Shown: in pieces, positions 1 to 10,200 of the stretch
How positions within the stretch are numbered: the first letter of the stretch is position 1
Layout of the letters: each line of letters opens with the position of its first letter
DNA from: Candidatus Woesearchaeota archaeon
Lineage (GTDB): Archaea > Nanobdellota > Nanobdellia > Woesearchaeales > GW2011-AR9
Assembly: GCA_016188115.1 (NCBI GenBank)
Contig: JACPIK010000002.1
Span: 680,077 to 744,076 of the forward strand
Length of the DNA: 64,000 nt
Direction of reading: 5' to 3'
Program-made: the position numbers and the translations under genes
Notes under the pieces: generated by a model
Seen by the model: the letters and a program-made list of their open reading frames with translations, nothing else
What the model was told of the DNA's origin: nothing
The model's database searches: none

Positions 1-54
1 TTTTCCCGTAGGAGGGAAGAACTTTTAGTTTACTACTTGTTAGTGGTTAATTGT

Positions 55-69
55 GGAAAGATTTAAATA
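55..69 (+). promoter_or_regulatory. Archaeal BRE/TATA promoter upstream of RHH gene (likely leaderless transcript)
   Basis: ggaaag-atttaaata, with the TATA ending about 24 nt before the ATG at 93. Confidence 0.55.
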
Positions 70-92
70 ATACTAATAATAATTATTAGCCT

Positions 93-236
93 ATGAAACA
101 AGTCTTCACCTGCTCGCTTGACGAACAAACAGTAGAAAAATTACGCACATTCACACGCAGTAGTTCGTTTCGCAATAAAAGTCATGTGGTTGAGCAAGCA
201 CTTCTTAAATTCTTAAAAGATGAGGGGGAGAAATGA
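93..236 (+). CDS. Ribbon-helix-helix (CopG/Arc-like) small DNA-binding protein, 47 aa (not in ORF track)
   Basis: Manual translation MKQVFTCSLDEQTVEKLRTFTRSSSFRNKSHVVEQALLKFLKDEGEK: alternating beta strand, helix, then NKSxxV..AL helix typical of RHH; stop overlaps next ATG (ATGA). Confidence 0.75.
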   Translation: MKQVFTCSLDEQTVEKLRTFTRSSSFRNKSHVVEQALLKFLKDEGEK

Positions 237-2491
237 GTCAAAATCCACCTGATTTGGAGAGTATCATAGGAAATGTAACTCAAGTTATACAAGATCACAC
301 CCTATCAAAGCGTAGGACACGTCCAGATTACAATAGTCTCAAAACCGTTGAAGATTGGATTGAGGAAAAAGAAAAGCATCCTGAATGGGCTGGTCTTTCA
401 GCATGGCAAGTCATTAAATTAGGAGGAAATGTCTTTTACAAAGAATTTCAAAAATGGAATAAAAGTAACACAAGCGATACCTCACAGCGCGAAGTTAATT
501 ATAATTCTATATTTAGCCGACAAAGAGAACGCTATGAAAATCTAAGAACGGTCGATGAGTGGATTGAATTTCGTAATAAAAATCACCCCGAATGGAAAGG
601 ACGTACTCGCAACGAAATGGAGGAATCACCTGATTCTAACTCATTTTGGACCAACTATCGTAAATGGACAAGACGTACTGCCCGAACTAAAGAAGAAAAA
701 GAGCAGTTCTTGCAAGTAATGGCATTAAGAACCAGAAATGACTACTCTAGTTTAACCACTATTACTGACTGGAAAAAACTCTACAATGAAAATCCGCACT
801 GGCACAAAATGAGCACCCCAGAACTTCTCAACGATAAGCAAGGAGGAGGTGCTTCATTTTATTCTTCATTTAATTTTTGGATAAGCTCTCAAACCTCTGA
901 CGAAAAAGAAAGAAAAAGAATCCGTCGCAGAGTAATATCATACAACCTTCGAGATTGGTCAGGTTTTGAATCTATTGGCGACTGGATCAATACCTATCTT
1001 AGAACTAATTCTTGGCATGATATGGATTCTACCCATTTAGGTACAGATGAAAAAGGAGAAGGCAAATATTTCTACCATAATTTCAAAAAATTTCTCCAAA
1101 AAGAATATACTACTCAGCGAAAAAGAACACAAGCACGCGCCGTCCTCGACATCAATCTTCCCCCCTACCAATGGGACGCGGTACAAGCAATCAGAGAAGA
1201 ACGTACCCTTGAAGATATCATTGGTGTTGATCGCACTGAAACACGCGAAGCTGTAACTGCAATGAATGCCCTTAAACTTGTTCAAAATCAATGGGGTGAT
1301 TATCTTGATCGTGATAAGTATGCAGGTTTAATTCGAGAGATTTTTAATGATTCAATGTCACTTGAGCACCACGTAGGAAGCGACAGTAAAAGAGTAGAAG
1401 CATATCTACAAGCAGCAGATTTAGAAAAAGTATCAATCACTGAACAAATAGTAGATCCTAGCTCTAAAAATCCCAATGTTCGCATAAGTCTCTATCTAGG
1501 TACAGATCCACAAAGCGGGTCAGATCAAACCATTGAAGCCTTCGTGAAATTCTTTTCAGATAAGCAAGAACGTGATACTGAACTAACATTAACAAACTGG
1601 TTCGCGCAATATTCACAGGTGAAAACCGTTGGACAAGCGCGAGCAACCAAAGTAACAGCAAGAATAGAGAAAAATAATGACCAAACAGAAACATATGACA
1701 CACTAACCATCTGTGCAATTGAAGATAAGACAGGAGAAAATGCATCCTACGTATTAGTAACGCCATTTGCAAATTTACGAACAACGGCTCAAGAACTACA
1801 GGGAAGGGCAGGCCAGAGAGTACTGGACATGATCACCAATGCAGTGTATGAATTTCATCAAACTCCTGCACCCAGCCATAACACCGAAGAAGTTGTTTCC
1901 ACAAGGATGAGATTCGTCCCTTATAGTGAAAGTGCAAGACAAGAAATTGCTAATGAGAATACTTCGCTTTACCAACAAATGCAACGAATGGGCATTATGA
2001 AAAAATTAGACAGATATGCTACTCAACACCAGGCTTTAATTCATGGTGATTGTCACACAAAAAATCTCTTGCTTAATGAAGATAATGAAATCGTATTTGC
2101 TGACCTAGAGAGGACACGAAGGGGAATACCCCAACAAGATATTACCAAATATCTAGGAGCCCGCTCTCACAAATTAAGCACTCAAGAACAACAACGACAA
2201 CTTGATCGCTATATTGCATTATCAGGCATAACAGACCAGCAACAAGGTGCAGAGTTTAAGAGAATATATGATGTTGTAACCGTGTATGAAGAGTTGCGTG
2301 TTTGTCGACATATTGTTGATCGCCCCTCAACATTCCAAACAATAGAAGCATGGCAAGAAAGTTTTGAATATCATTTAGACAGAGCTTTGGATCATGCAAG
2401 AAAAGCCTATTCTGCTACGCAAGTTGAAGCTCTCGAGAAAGCTGCAAGAAAAACTTTAGTAGCTCCACACGCCATACAAAACGCAGTTTAA
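233..2491 (+). CDS. Protein with four N-terminal Trp-rich ~70-aa repeats and C-terminal APH/choline-kinase-like phosphotransferase domain
   Basis: Brenner-type motif LIHGDCHTKNLL followed by IVFADLE; VKFF Lys upstream; repeated Y..L.T..DW...PEW...FY..F..W. Confidence 0.7.
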   Translation: MSQNPPDLESIIGNVTQVIQDHTLSKRRTRPDYNSLKTVEDWIEEKEKHPEWAGLSAWQVIKLGGNVFYKEFQKWNKSNTSDTSQREVNYNSIFSRQRERYENLRTVDEWIEFRNKNHPEWKGRTRNEMEESPDSNSFWTNYRKWTRRTARTKEEKEQFLQVMALRTRNDYSSLTTITDWKKLYNENPHWHKMSTPELLNDKQGGGASFYSSFNFWISSQTSDEKERKRIRRRVISYNLRDWSGFESIGDWINTYLRTNSWHDMDSTHLGTDEKGEGKYFYHNFKKFLQKEYTTQRKRTQARAVLDINLPPYQWDAVQAIREERTLEDIIGVDRTETREAVTAMNALKLVQNQWGDYLDRDKYAGLIREIFNDSMSLEHHVGSDSKRVEAYLQAADLEKVSITEQIVDPSSKNPNVRISLYLGTDPQSGSDQTIEAFVKFFSDKQERDTELTLTNWFAQYSQVKTVGQARATKVTARIEKNNDQTETYDTLTICAIEDKTGENASYVLVTPFANLRTTAQELQGRAGQRVLDMITNAVYEFHQTPAPSHNTEEVVSTRMRFVPYSESARQEIANENTSLYQQMQRMGIMKKLDRYATQHQALIHGDCHTKNLLLNEDNEIVFADLERTRRGIPQQDITKYLGARSHKLSTQEQQRQLDRYIALSGITDQQQGAEFKRIYDVVTVYEELRVCRHIVDRPSTFQTIEAWQESFEYHLDRALDHARKAYSATQVEALEKAARKTLVAPHAIQNAV

Positions 2492-3396
2492 AGATACACC
2501 GCATAAAACGGCCCAACAATATCTTGACAGCGCCTCATCATTTTTGCGCAACGCAGGACGACATGATGATCTATTTTAGGATCTTTAAGTAAAGCTAGCA
2601 ACTCTTTATTCATAAAATGGTCTTTACGTTTTGCAAACATTTCTAAGTAGGAAATGTCTTTTTTGAAATAAGAACTAAAAAGTTCGTCAACAGTTTGAAA
2701 AATTGAAGTTACTATTGCCCTTGTTTTCTCAGATGATTTGATAGAAGAACTCTCAAGATAATGATATAAATAATCTACCTCGTTAGAAATCTTCTCAAGG
2801 TCGCGTACGATAAGATATTCAAAGATGCAAGTATCGCGAAAGCGTAAATTTTTGTTGAAAATCCGTTTAACATAGTCTGCATACCGAGTAATAATCTCGC
2901 GATATTCATGGACCTCATTGCCTCGCTTAAACGAATTTGTTACTAAATCTTCACCAATCTTACGCATATTTTCTTTTAACAAGTAGAAGCTTTTTTTGAA
3001 AAGTAATTCATATTCACTCTCCATCTCGACTGAAATATTTCGAAGCGTGCATTTTTTATCAGCAACATCCACAACCTCAAACCCAATGAGATTACGAGTT
3101 AGATTCTCAATTTCTTTAAATATAGAATGATCCTCAAAATGAACCTGGATTATATCATATCCCTTTTTGTACGCATTACTCAACTTTATTTTCATTAAAT
3201 GAATCGGCATTGAGCGCGATAGCGTGAGAGTAATCTCATTGCGACGTAACGCACCTTTGCCAGCCACCACCAACCGATTTTCCTCTTCTTCTATTTCAAT
3301 TACATCTCCTGCTTGGAGATTATGTTCTTGAAGCCATTTAGCAGGCAGAGTAACCGTAAGTGCATTATTTCCCTGTTTGACAAGTTTACGTTGCAT
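2488..3396 (-). CDS. AbrB/MazE-domain + PhoU-like phosphate uptake regulator
   Basis: N-term RKLVKQGNNALTVTLPAKW..LQAGD (AbrB fold), AYKKGYD, LIGFEVVD and RDLEKISN helical PhoU-like region. Confidence 0.8.
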   Translation of the reverse strand: MQRKLVKQGNNALTVTLPAKWLQEHNLQAGDVIEIEEEENRLVVAGKGALRRNEITLTLSRSMPIHLMKIKLSNAYKKGYDIIQVHFEDHSIFKEIENLTRNLIGFEVVDVADKKCTLRNISVEMESEYELLFKKSFYLLKENMRKIGEDLVTNSFKRGNEVHEYREIITRYADYVKRIFNKNLRFRDTCIFEYLIVRDLEKISNEVDYLYHYLESSSIKSSEKTRAIVTSIFQTVDELFSSYFKKDISYLEMFAKRKDHFMNKELLALLKDPKIDHHVVLRCAKMMRRCQDIVGPFYAVYL

Positions 3397-3515
3397 GTAG
3401 AGTAAAATAAGAATGGTATTTTTAAAATTTTCTATAAGTTATATAACTTCTATAAATTAAATATAATAAAAAGTAGTGTTGTCACTTGTTAATTACAATT
3501 AAGTGAGGGACAACC

Positions 3516-4370
3516 ATGAAACAAACACTTTATTCAACTTTAACTGCATTGACGCTAGCTGCGTGTGGTGGAACGGCACCAGGGGTTAATCAATCTGAGA
3601 CCATTAATGACACCCAACGTCAAGAAGCAATCGCATCGCTTCAAAAACGTGGAGTTACAATCGATGAAACATTATCCTGCGGCCCTTTCACAAATGGTTT
3701 TGGAGAAAATCCACAACCAGAAGGCAATGCTCAGTTCAAAGCTACTAGCTCTTATTTTAAAGATAAAGGAGAGAACCTACTCCGAACTCAAAGTTATAAC
3801 GCATTTAAGATTTCACTTACTCAGGATAGAGCAGGAAAATACCATGCCCATGAAATAGGAAATACAAAAACTGAACGAGGCCTGGATTCATTTGCGCGAT
3901 TTGTCTGCTATGTTTCTAGTAAGCCCAGTTACACTAAAGAGATTGAAGGCAAAGAACTCGAAGATGGAAAACGTGAAGATGGAAAAGCAACCTATGGTCG
4001 TCTTGTAAGAGAAATGGATCAAAAGTTTAGTGCTGCAGTTGAAGAATCCGATAGACGTTTTGACGAAGCAGTGAGAGAATCAGACCGCAGATTTGATGAC
4101 ACCCTACGCAGAAGTAATGAGCGTTTTGATGAATTAAGAGAGAAAAACCGCCAAAGATTTGAGGACACAGTTAAGCGAAATAGAGAGCGATTTAACGAAA
4201 CAAGAAGCCAATTTGACGAAGAAGTAGAAGCTACGAGTGATGATTCTAAGTGTAATAAACAATACCTAGCTGATCTTGCAGTGTGTGAAAGATCACTCTA
4301 CGAAGACCACAAAAAACAATGCGCAGACCGAGCACTTCGAGAAGCTAATTGGTGCAAAGAATTTGAATAA
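3516..4370 (+). CDS. Putative lipoprotein with 11-residue charged helical repeats
   Basis: Lipobox LAAC; gaggga RBS; six RF[DE]-type hendecad repeats; four C-terminal Cys. Confidence 0.6.
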   Translation: MKQTLYSTLTALTLAACGGTAPGVNQSETINDTQRQEAIASLQKRGVTIDETLSCGPFTNGFGENPQPEGNAQFKATSSYFKDKGENLLRTQSYNAFKISLTQDRAGKYHAHEIGNTKTERGLDSFARFVCYVSSKPSYTKEIEGKELEDGKREDGKATYGRLVREMDQKFSAAVEESDRRFDEAVRESDRRFDDTLRRSNERFDELREKNRQRFEDTVKRNRERFNETRSQFDEEVEATSDDSKCNKQYLADLAVCERSLYEDHKKQCADRALREANWCKEFE

Positions 4371-4388
4371 TCATCGAGGAAATAAAAA

Positions 4389-5246
4389 ATGAAACAAACA
4401 TTAACTGGATTAACATTAATCGTTGCAGGTTGCGGATCACAAAATCCCTACCAGCGATTTGAACAAGCAGATATACCAAAATCAACACCACAAATCACAA
4501 ACCAAGATCTTGCTGACAATTGGAAACAGACGACCACTGTGTATGAAGATGGAACTACTCAAATCTCTGCAACAAGAGAAAATGAAGACGGTTCATTTAA
4601 TTTTTCATCTCGTCAAAATGAAAATTCAAGAGGACCAAAGTATGATGGAATTCTCGACAATCTTAGTCCACAGCTAATAGGAGAAAGTTATGTTGCAGAT
4701 CCCCTTGCACGAAACGATTTTATTCAAGTGCTCGCACATCAAACTGGGTACCTTCCCAAAGCACGATCCTTTGAAATTAGTGCTAATGGAAAAGAAGTCA
4801 AATGTAATGAATCTCAAAGCGGTTTCTACATCCCATTTAAAATTTTAGAGGAAAACAAAGAACGAGCTGAATCACTGGCTAGTGAAATTGATTTCAATAA
4901 TGACCATGTACTTACACGGTGGGAGATTTGGGATTATGGACGTAGAGAAATGGAAGTTTGGTGCCCACTTCCAACGGGAGTAACACCAGAAACAGTTGCA
5001 AAAGAGTTTGAACAAAACATTGCTTTTAACCAAGAAAAGGACTCTTATCGCGTTGTAGTATGTGATGAAAATAGATTTGTTTCACAAGCCGTTCTTGATT
5101 ACAAAGCACAACTCTTCTTTTCACAAGAAAGGGGAACGGGGGATCCTATTAAAGACAGTAGCAAATGGCAAGGATCAAGCCGAGTAGATCTTCGTCGTTT
5201 TGATGACAAAGCTTGTGCAGTGTACGAAGTGCGATTACTCGATTAA
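4389..5246 (+). CDS. Putative lipoprotein, hypothetical (possible EF-hand-like loop)
   Basis: Lipobox VAGC; gagga RBS; DFNNDHVLTRWE loop. Confidence 0.55.
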   Translation: MKQTLTGLTLIVAGCGSQNPYQRFEQADIPKSTPQITNQDLADNWKQTTTVYEDGTTQISATRENEDGSFNFSSRQNENSRGPKYDGILDNLSPQLIGESYVADPLARNDFIQVLAHQTGYLPKARSFEISANGKEVKCNESQSGFYIPFKILEENKERAESLASEIDFNNDHVLTRWEIWDYGRREMEVWCPLPTGVTPETVAKEFEQNIAFNQEKDSYRVVVCDENRFVSQAVLDYKAQLFFSQERGTGDPIKDSSKWQGSSRVDLRRFDDKACAVYEVRLLD

Positions 5247-5405
5247 AACAAATCAATGCTTACTCCAGAGATAGTAGAGAAGCTACGGTAGATAGACCCT
5301 AAATCAATGGCAAGAAAGCCGAGATCAAAAAAATCAACACTTGAAGGAAGGTGCGAGTAAGAATTAACAGAATGATCAACCATCGGAGCTATAATAAAAA
5401 TCACC

Positions 5406-6101
5406 ATGAAAGAAAATGAATTACAGGAAGCATTAGACAGAAAAATTGCCCAATATTATCGTAATGATAAACTGATAAGCTTAGCTATTATTGCTTTTGG
5501 TGTAGCTAGTGCGGGAACTGTTGCGTATTATGGTCAGGAGGTTTATTTTAAAACATTTCCCGATTCACCATCAAGTGCCCCAACTCTAACAGATCCCAAT
5601 CCAAATGTGGCACAACTGATACACTCGTCTGCCCCTTATTCAGCGACCACACTAATTTCAACCCCGCCTATTTTAAGAGAAGTTAATTCACAACCAAAAA
5701 GAACAAGTAAACCTGCAGCAAAAGAAAAAAGTCATTACCAACCAAAACCCCAGATATTATATTATTCTACACCCAATGTGACTGGATCAAAATTAGAAGG
5801 ATTGATTGGACAACCCAAACCAACCGTTGTTGATTTTTACGCTAGTTGGTGCGGACCTTGTAAACTTCTCGAACCAGTCTTTAATCAAGTAGCAACCCAA
5901 TACAAAGAACAAGCAACATTTGTACGCATTAACATAGATACAGAAAATGCAGCCGCTATAAAATACGGTGCAACAAAAATTCCCCTTGTTATCGTATTTC
6001 AAAACGGAACAGAGGATTCAAGATTTAATGGCTATTCTCCCAATGGAACTATGAATCAAATCTGGATGAAAGACACATTAGATAGATTACTAGCAAAATA
6101 A
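5406..6101 (+). CDS. Membrane-anchored thioredoxin-family protein
   Basis: VVDFYASWCGPCK and cis-Pro loop KIP; N-terminal hydrophobic helix and Pro/Ser/Thr linker. Confidence 0.85.
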   Translation: MKENELQEALDRKIAQYYRNDKLISLAIIAFGVASAGTVAYYGQEVYFKTFPDSPSSAPTLTDPNPNVAQLIHSSAPYSATTLISTPPILREVNSQPKRTSKPAAKEKSHYQPKPQILYYSTPNVTGSKLEGLIGQPKPTVVDFYASWCGPCKLLEPVFNQVATQYKEQATFVRINIDTENAAAIKYGATKIPLVIVFQNGTEDSRFNGYSPNGTMNQIWMKDTLDRLLAK

Positions 6102-6121
6102 TTAAACAATAAATCAAAATT

Positions 6122-6535
6122 CTACTCTTCCTCTTTAGCCTGTTTCTTCGCTGCTTTCTTCGCTTTCGCAGCCAACCGTTTCGCCCGCATAGAAATATCC
6201 GTATCAATCGTGATCTCGACAGGTTTTTCTTCTTTTACAGGTTTCTCAACTTTCGGTTTTTTCATATCTTCAACAGCTTTAAGAAATGCATTTCTTTGAT
6301 TCTCAGTCAAAGAACCAAAGCGGATATACGCTTCTTTGATATTACGTAAAAATTGAGATTTTTCATAGAAATCAGCAGGGATATCAAAGAATTTTTTAAA
6401 CACAGGATCTTCAATTTCTTGATTTATCCGCTTCATCTGACACGTTGAACAGATTGGAAATTGACGCATGGAGTACATTAACACTTGATTTGTTTTACAA
6501 ATCGCGCATTTCTGTTTAAATTTCGCATACACCAT
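6122..6535 (-). CDS. Hypothetical Zn-finger protein with Lys-rich tail
   Basis: CAIC...CSTC; likely start MVYAKF at 6535 just after a TATA-like element. Confidence 0.6.
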   Translation of the reverse strand: MVYAKFKQKCAICKTNQVLMYSMRQFPICSTCQMKRINQEIEDPVFKKFFDIPADFYEKSQFLRNIKEAYIRFGSLTENQRNAFLKAVEDMKKPKVEKPVKEEKPVEITIDTDISMRAKRLAAKAKKAAKKQAKEEE

Positions 6536-6707
6536 GTGTATTTCAAAGACCAAAGCCTTTATAAGTTTAGCTAAATAATATATCAAGAAAATTTATTAAT
6601 ATTTAAAGAATAAAATTAATATAAATAGAAAGAATGACAACAAATATAGATTTTTATCAACAAAAGAAGAATATTTAAAAACAAAAAGAGAATATTACCT
6701 ACTACGC

Positions 6708-7226
6708 ATGCCTCTTTTAGCGAATCAAAGCCCCATTGTACTTCTTGAACCCCACCATGAAAAAGATCTTCTTAGAGAATTATTACGCCGGTTACAAGAA
6801 AAAAATTCTCTTAAATTTGAAGAATTAATCACCTTGTATACCCAAACATCCCCTCAAAAAACGATCCCCTGTTCAATATTTAATTACAATCTTCATCCCG
6901 CAGAAGCTCTCTGTAAATATCTTAAAGAAAACCAACATCTTACATTCCAACAAATCGCCCTTCTTCTAAATCGAAATCAAAAAAGTATGTGGGCTACCTA
7001 CCAACGAGCAATAAAACATCGCAAACAACCTTTTCCTCTCAAAGAAGAAACATTTATCATACCTTTAACTCTCTTTTCATCTAGAAAAAAGAGCGTGTTT
7101 GAAAATGTGGTTTTATATCTTACAACAACCTATCAGCTTTCAATTCCTGCAATAGCCCAGTTGCTTCAAAGTACCCCTGCATCTATACAAGTAATATTAA
7201 CACGGGCGAGACAAAAACATGACTAG
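6708..7226 (+). CDS. Tandem HTH (sigma-70 region-4-like) DNA-binding protein
   Basis: Two similar units LTFQQIALLLNRNQKSMW and LSIPAIAQLLQSTPASIQVILTRA; overlaps next gene. Confidence 0.65.
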   Translation: MPLLANQSPIVLLEPHHEKDLLRELLRRLQEKNSLKFEELITLYTQTSPQKTIPCSIFNYNLHPAEALCKYLKENQHLTFQQIALLLNRNQKSMWATYQRAIKHRKQPFPLKEETFIIPLTLFSSRKKSVFENVVLYLTTTYQLSIPAIAQLLQSTPASIQVILTRARQKHD

Positions 7227-10200
7227 CGACCCTTGGCAATCGCGACAACGTCGCGTGGAAAAAGAACTAGAAAAAAACAACCTGCCTCAGACTATAAGAA
7301 GCAACACTCCTCGCTATGAAGTGATAGTAGAATCACCACAACCTAAACAAAAGACAAAAAAAGCCCCCCGACAAATCGCATGGAAAGCAGTTGCGCTCTT
7401 AATCATTATTTTCAGTATCAGTTTCCTATTTGTAACACAAACACCCTCTTCACAAAACACACAAAGTATCACTGGTGCAGCCATAACAAATGTAGACACT
7501 ACGGTCAAAACACCAACCTCAAACTTAACAACAGCACCAATCCCAGAAGAACAATATACCAGCAGTGGTATTGGGAGTCAGAACCCTTACCGCACATTAG
7601 GTAGTATCACCAACCCTAGTTTTGAAGACGCCATAACTACAGAATGGGTATATTCAGAAACTGACACAGAATTTACAGGAGGACGTGTCGCACCCACCAA
7701 TTACGTTCCAACACAAGGATCATATGTATATCTTTTAGGACAAGACACTTCAACTGGAGCAGGCGGTAGCCCCGTCCTTAATATTGTCCCTGGAGTCTAT
7801 TCACAAGTTTTGCAAACCATTGATCTCACTGACGTAACAGACATAAAGTTTGATACAAAATATATTGATTACTATGGCATATCCAGTTATTTCAACATTA
7901 GTGCATTTATTGATTCGACGCTAGTCTGGTCCAGATTGAGTATCGACTACCAAGCAGAGAATATTACATTGGATACCTCTACATATTCTGGCAGCCACGA
8001 TCTTAAATTTAGGCTTACAGGATTATTTACAGGAGCAATTTACGAACCAGCCTGGTTTATTGATAACATTAGATTAAATCAAACGGTTACGTATCTCATT
8101 ACTAATTATAATCTTACTCCTTCAATCGCATATTTTGACACACCTTTGATTGCGCAAGCAACATATAGCAGTAACGCAACAGGAAATGTTTCCTTTCGCT
8201 GGTCAATAAATGGACAAAATAAGTTTAACTTAACAAATCTCTCCGTAAATCCAAATTCTTATATTACTAATACCCTACAGCCAGGAAATTTTACAACAGG
8301 AGACTCAATTTCACTTTCAATTACAGGACAAAATGCAACAGATTCTTCCACTACCTCTCCTCTTACACTCACCATTTCAAGCTACACCCCAAATCTTACA
8401 TCCGTTCTCTTAAATACAACCCACAACACATATAGTGATAATGACAACTTAACATTATATCTAAACTCTTCGAGTCAGCAAGGGTTTACACTTCATAATA
8501 TTATTAATTGGTACAAAAATAATGTGCCATTATTAGTAGTAAATATGCCATTTGAACGAGTAAATGGCACTAACACCAACAATGCATATGACTATTCTAT
8601 ATACGCGCATAACGGCTCGGAAAATGGAGGTGTTGTCTGGAATCGCACCATTGGATATGGTACAACAGGCGCCTATATCTTTGATGGAGCAAACGATTAC
8701 CTTCAGATTGAACAAGTCCCCCAAATAACAAAAAATTTTAGTGTTGAATATTGGGTAATGCGAAATGGAACACGACATGAAGCGTTTGCATTCACAAACG
8801 ACGGTTCCCAAAATAAAGATGACCCCTTTAGTTGGGATGGAAACCAGATAAATATTGGAGATGGACTTAATCATGAAATAAAAACAGTCACTCTTGCCGC
8901 AGATACTAATGTTTGGACACATATTATTTTTACAGTTGATGGATCAAACAAAATATTGCGCCAATATAAGAATGGCACGCTAGTAGATGATCTTTCATTA
9001 ACATATACCCCTAGTTCATTTCCAAATAAATTTCTTCGTATAGGACGAGGCGGATTTGCCGAAATTTACACAGAATATTTTCAAGGAGCAATTGATAATT
9101 TTCGCGTTTACAACCGCACACTTACACCAGACCAAGTAAAACTACTTTATCAAAATCAAACCGATGTTATTGTACAAAATGAAACCTATCTCGGCGAAAC
9201 CTGGAAAGCCTGCGTAACAATCCATGATACCTTCGAATCTTCAAATAGCACTTGCAGTAATTCTATCACATTTGGTGATAACCACATACCCACTCAATTT
9301 CAACCAATTATTCAGTCACTCGATGCAACTACTTCAACATCTACTGATCTTGCATGTTACAATCAATCTACAACGGATTTTGAAAATGACCCTGTCAAAA
9401 ACATTTACAATTGGAAAGTCAACGATAAATCAATCGCTGTTCTCAACATGCCATTTGAAAATTACTCTTTAACTTACAGCGGCGAAACAAAAGATTATTC
9501 TGGGTACAATAATAATGGAACCAATACCAGTGGAGCATTCTGGAATGCCACCGGTGGATTTGATGGCAAAGGGGCATATCGACTTGATGGCGTTGATGAT
9601 TATATTTCAATAAAAAATAATGCTAGTCTTAACTTCGTAACCAATTATAGTATCTCATTCTGGACCAAGAATGAGGTTAGCCCTGCTAATTTTGACACAA
9701 TCCTTGCTAAAACAAGTGGTACTGGGTGGAGTGATGGATATGGAATATATTATTCATCCAGCAGTCAAATAAATTTTTGGGTAAGTGCATATGGCAGTGC
9801 ATACGCGTACGCCACCATTACACCTACATTGTGGAACCATGTTGTTGGAACATACGATGGCTCCACAATCAGAATTTTCGTTAACGGTGTAGAAGGCACG
9901 CCAGGAACGCGAACAACGCCCGCAACCAACACCGCCGCGTTAGAGATTGGAAGAGGTGCAAGTAATAGTTATAACATTGATGGACACATAGATGAATTAC
10001 TCATTTTTAATCGTAGTCTTAGTACAGATGAAGTAAAACTTCTCTTTCAAAATAAAACCAACACTACCTCATTTCGAGAATTACAACAAGGCGAAACATG
10101 GGCTTGTGAAATAACCCCCAACGATGCTCATGGTGATGGACAAAATAAAACCAGTACTGCTGTAACCATCAGCGCTAATACTATCCCTACAGTAACAGTA

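Noticed and set aside
4020-4220. 33-nt periodicity as a possible CRISPR or DGR repeat
   Set aside because: Degenerate coding repeats of an 11-residue helix; no reverse transcriptase or template/variable repeat pair seen
5247-5405. Tiny ORFs (e.g. MARKPRSKKSTLEGRCE) between the lipoprotein and thioredoxin genes
   Set aside because: Too short, with no clear RBS or motif; cannot be supported
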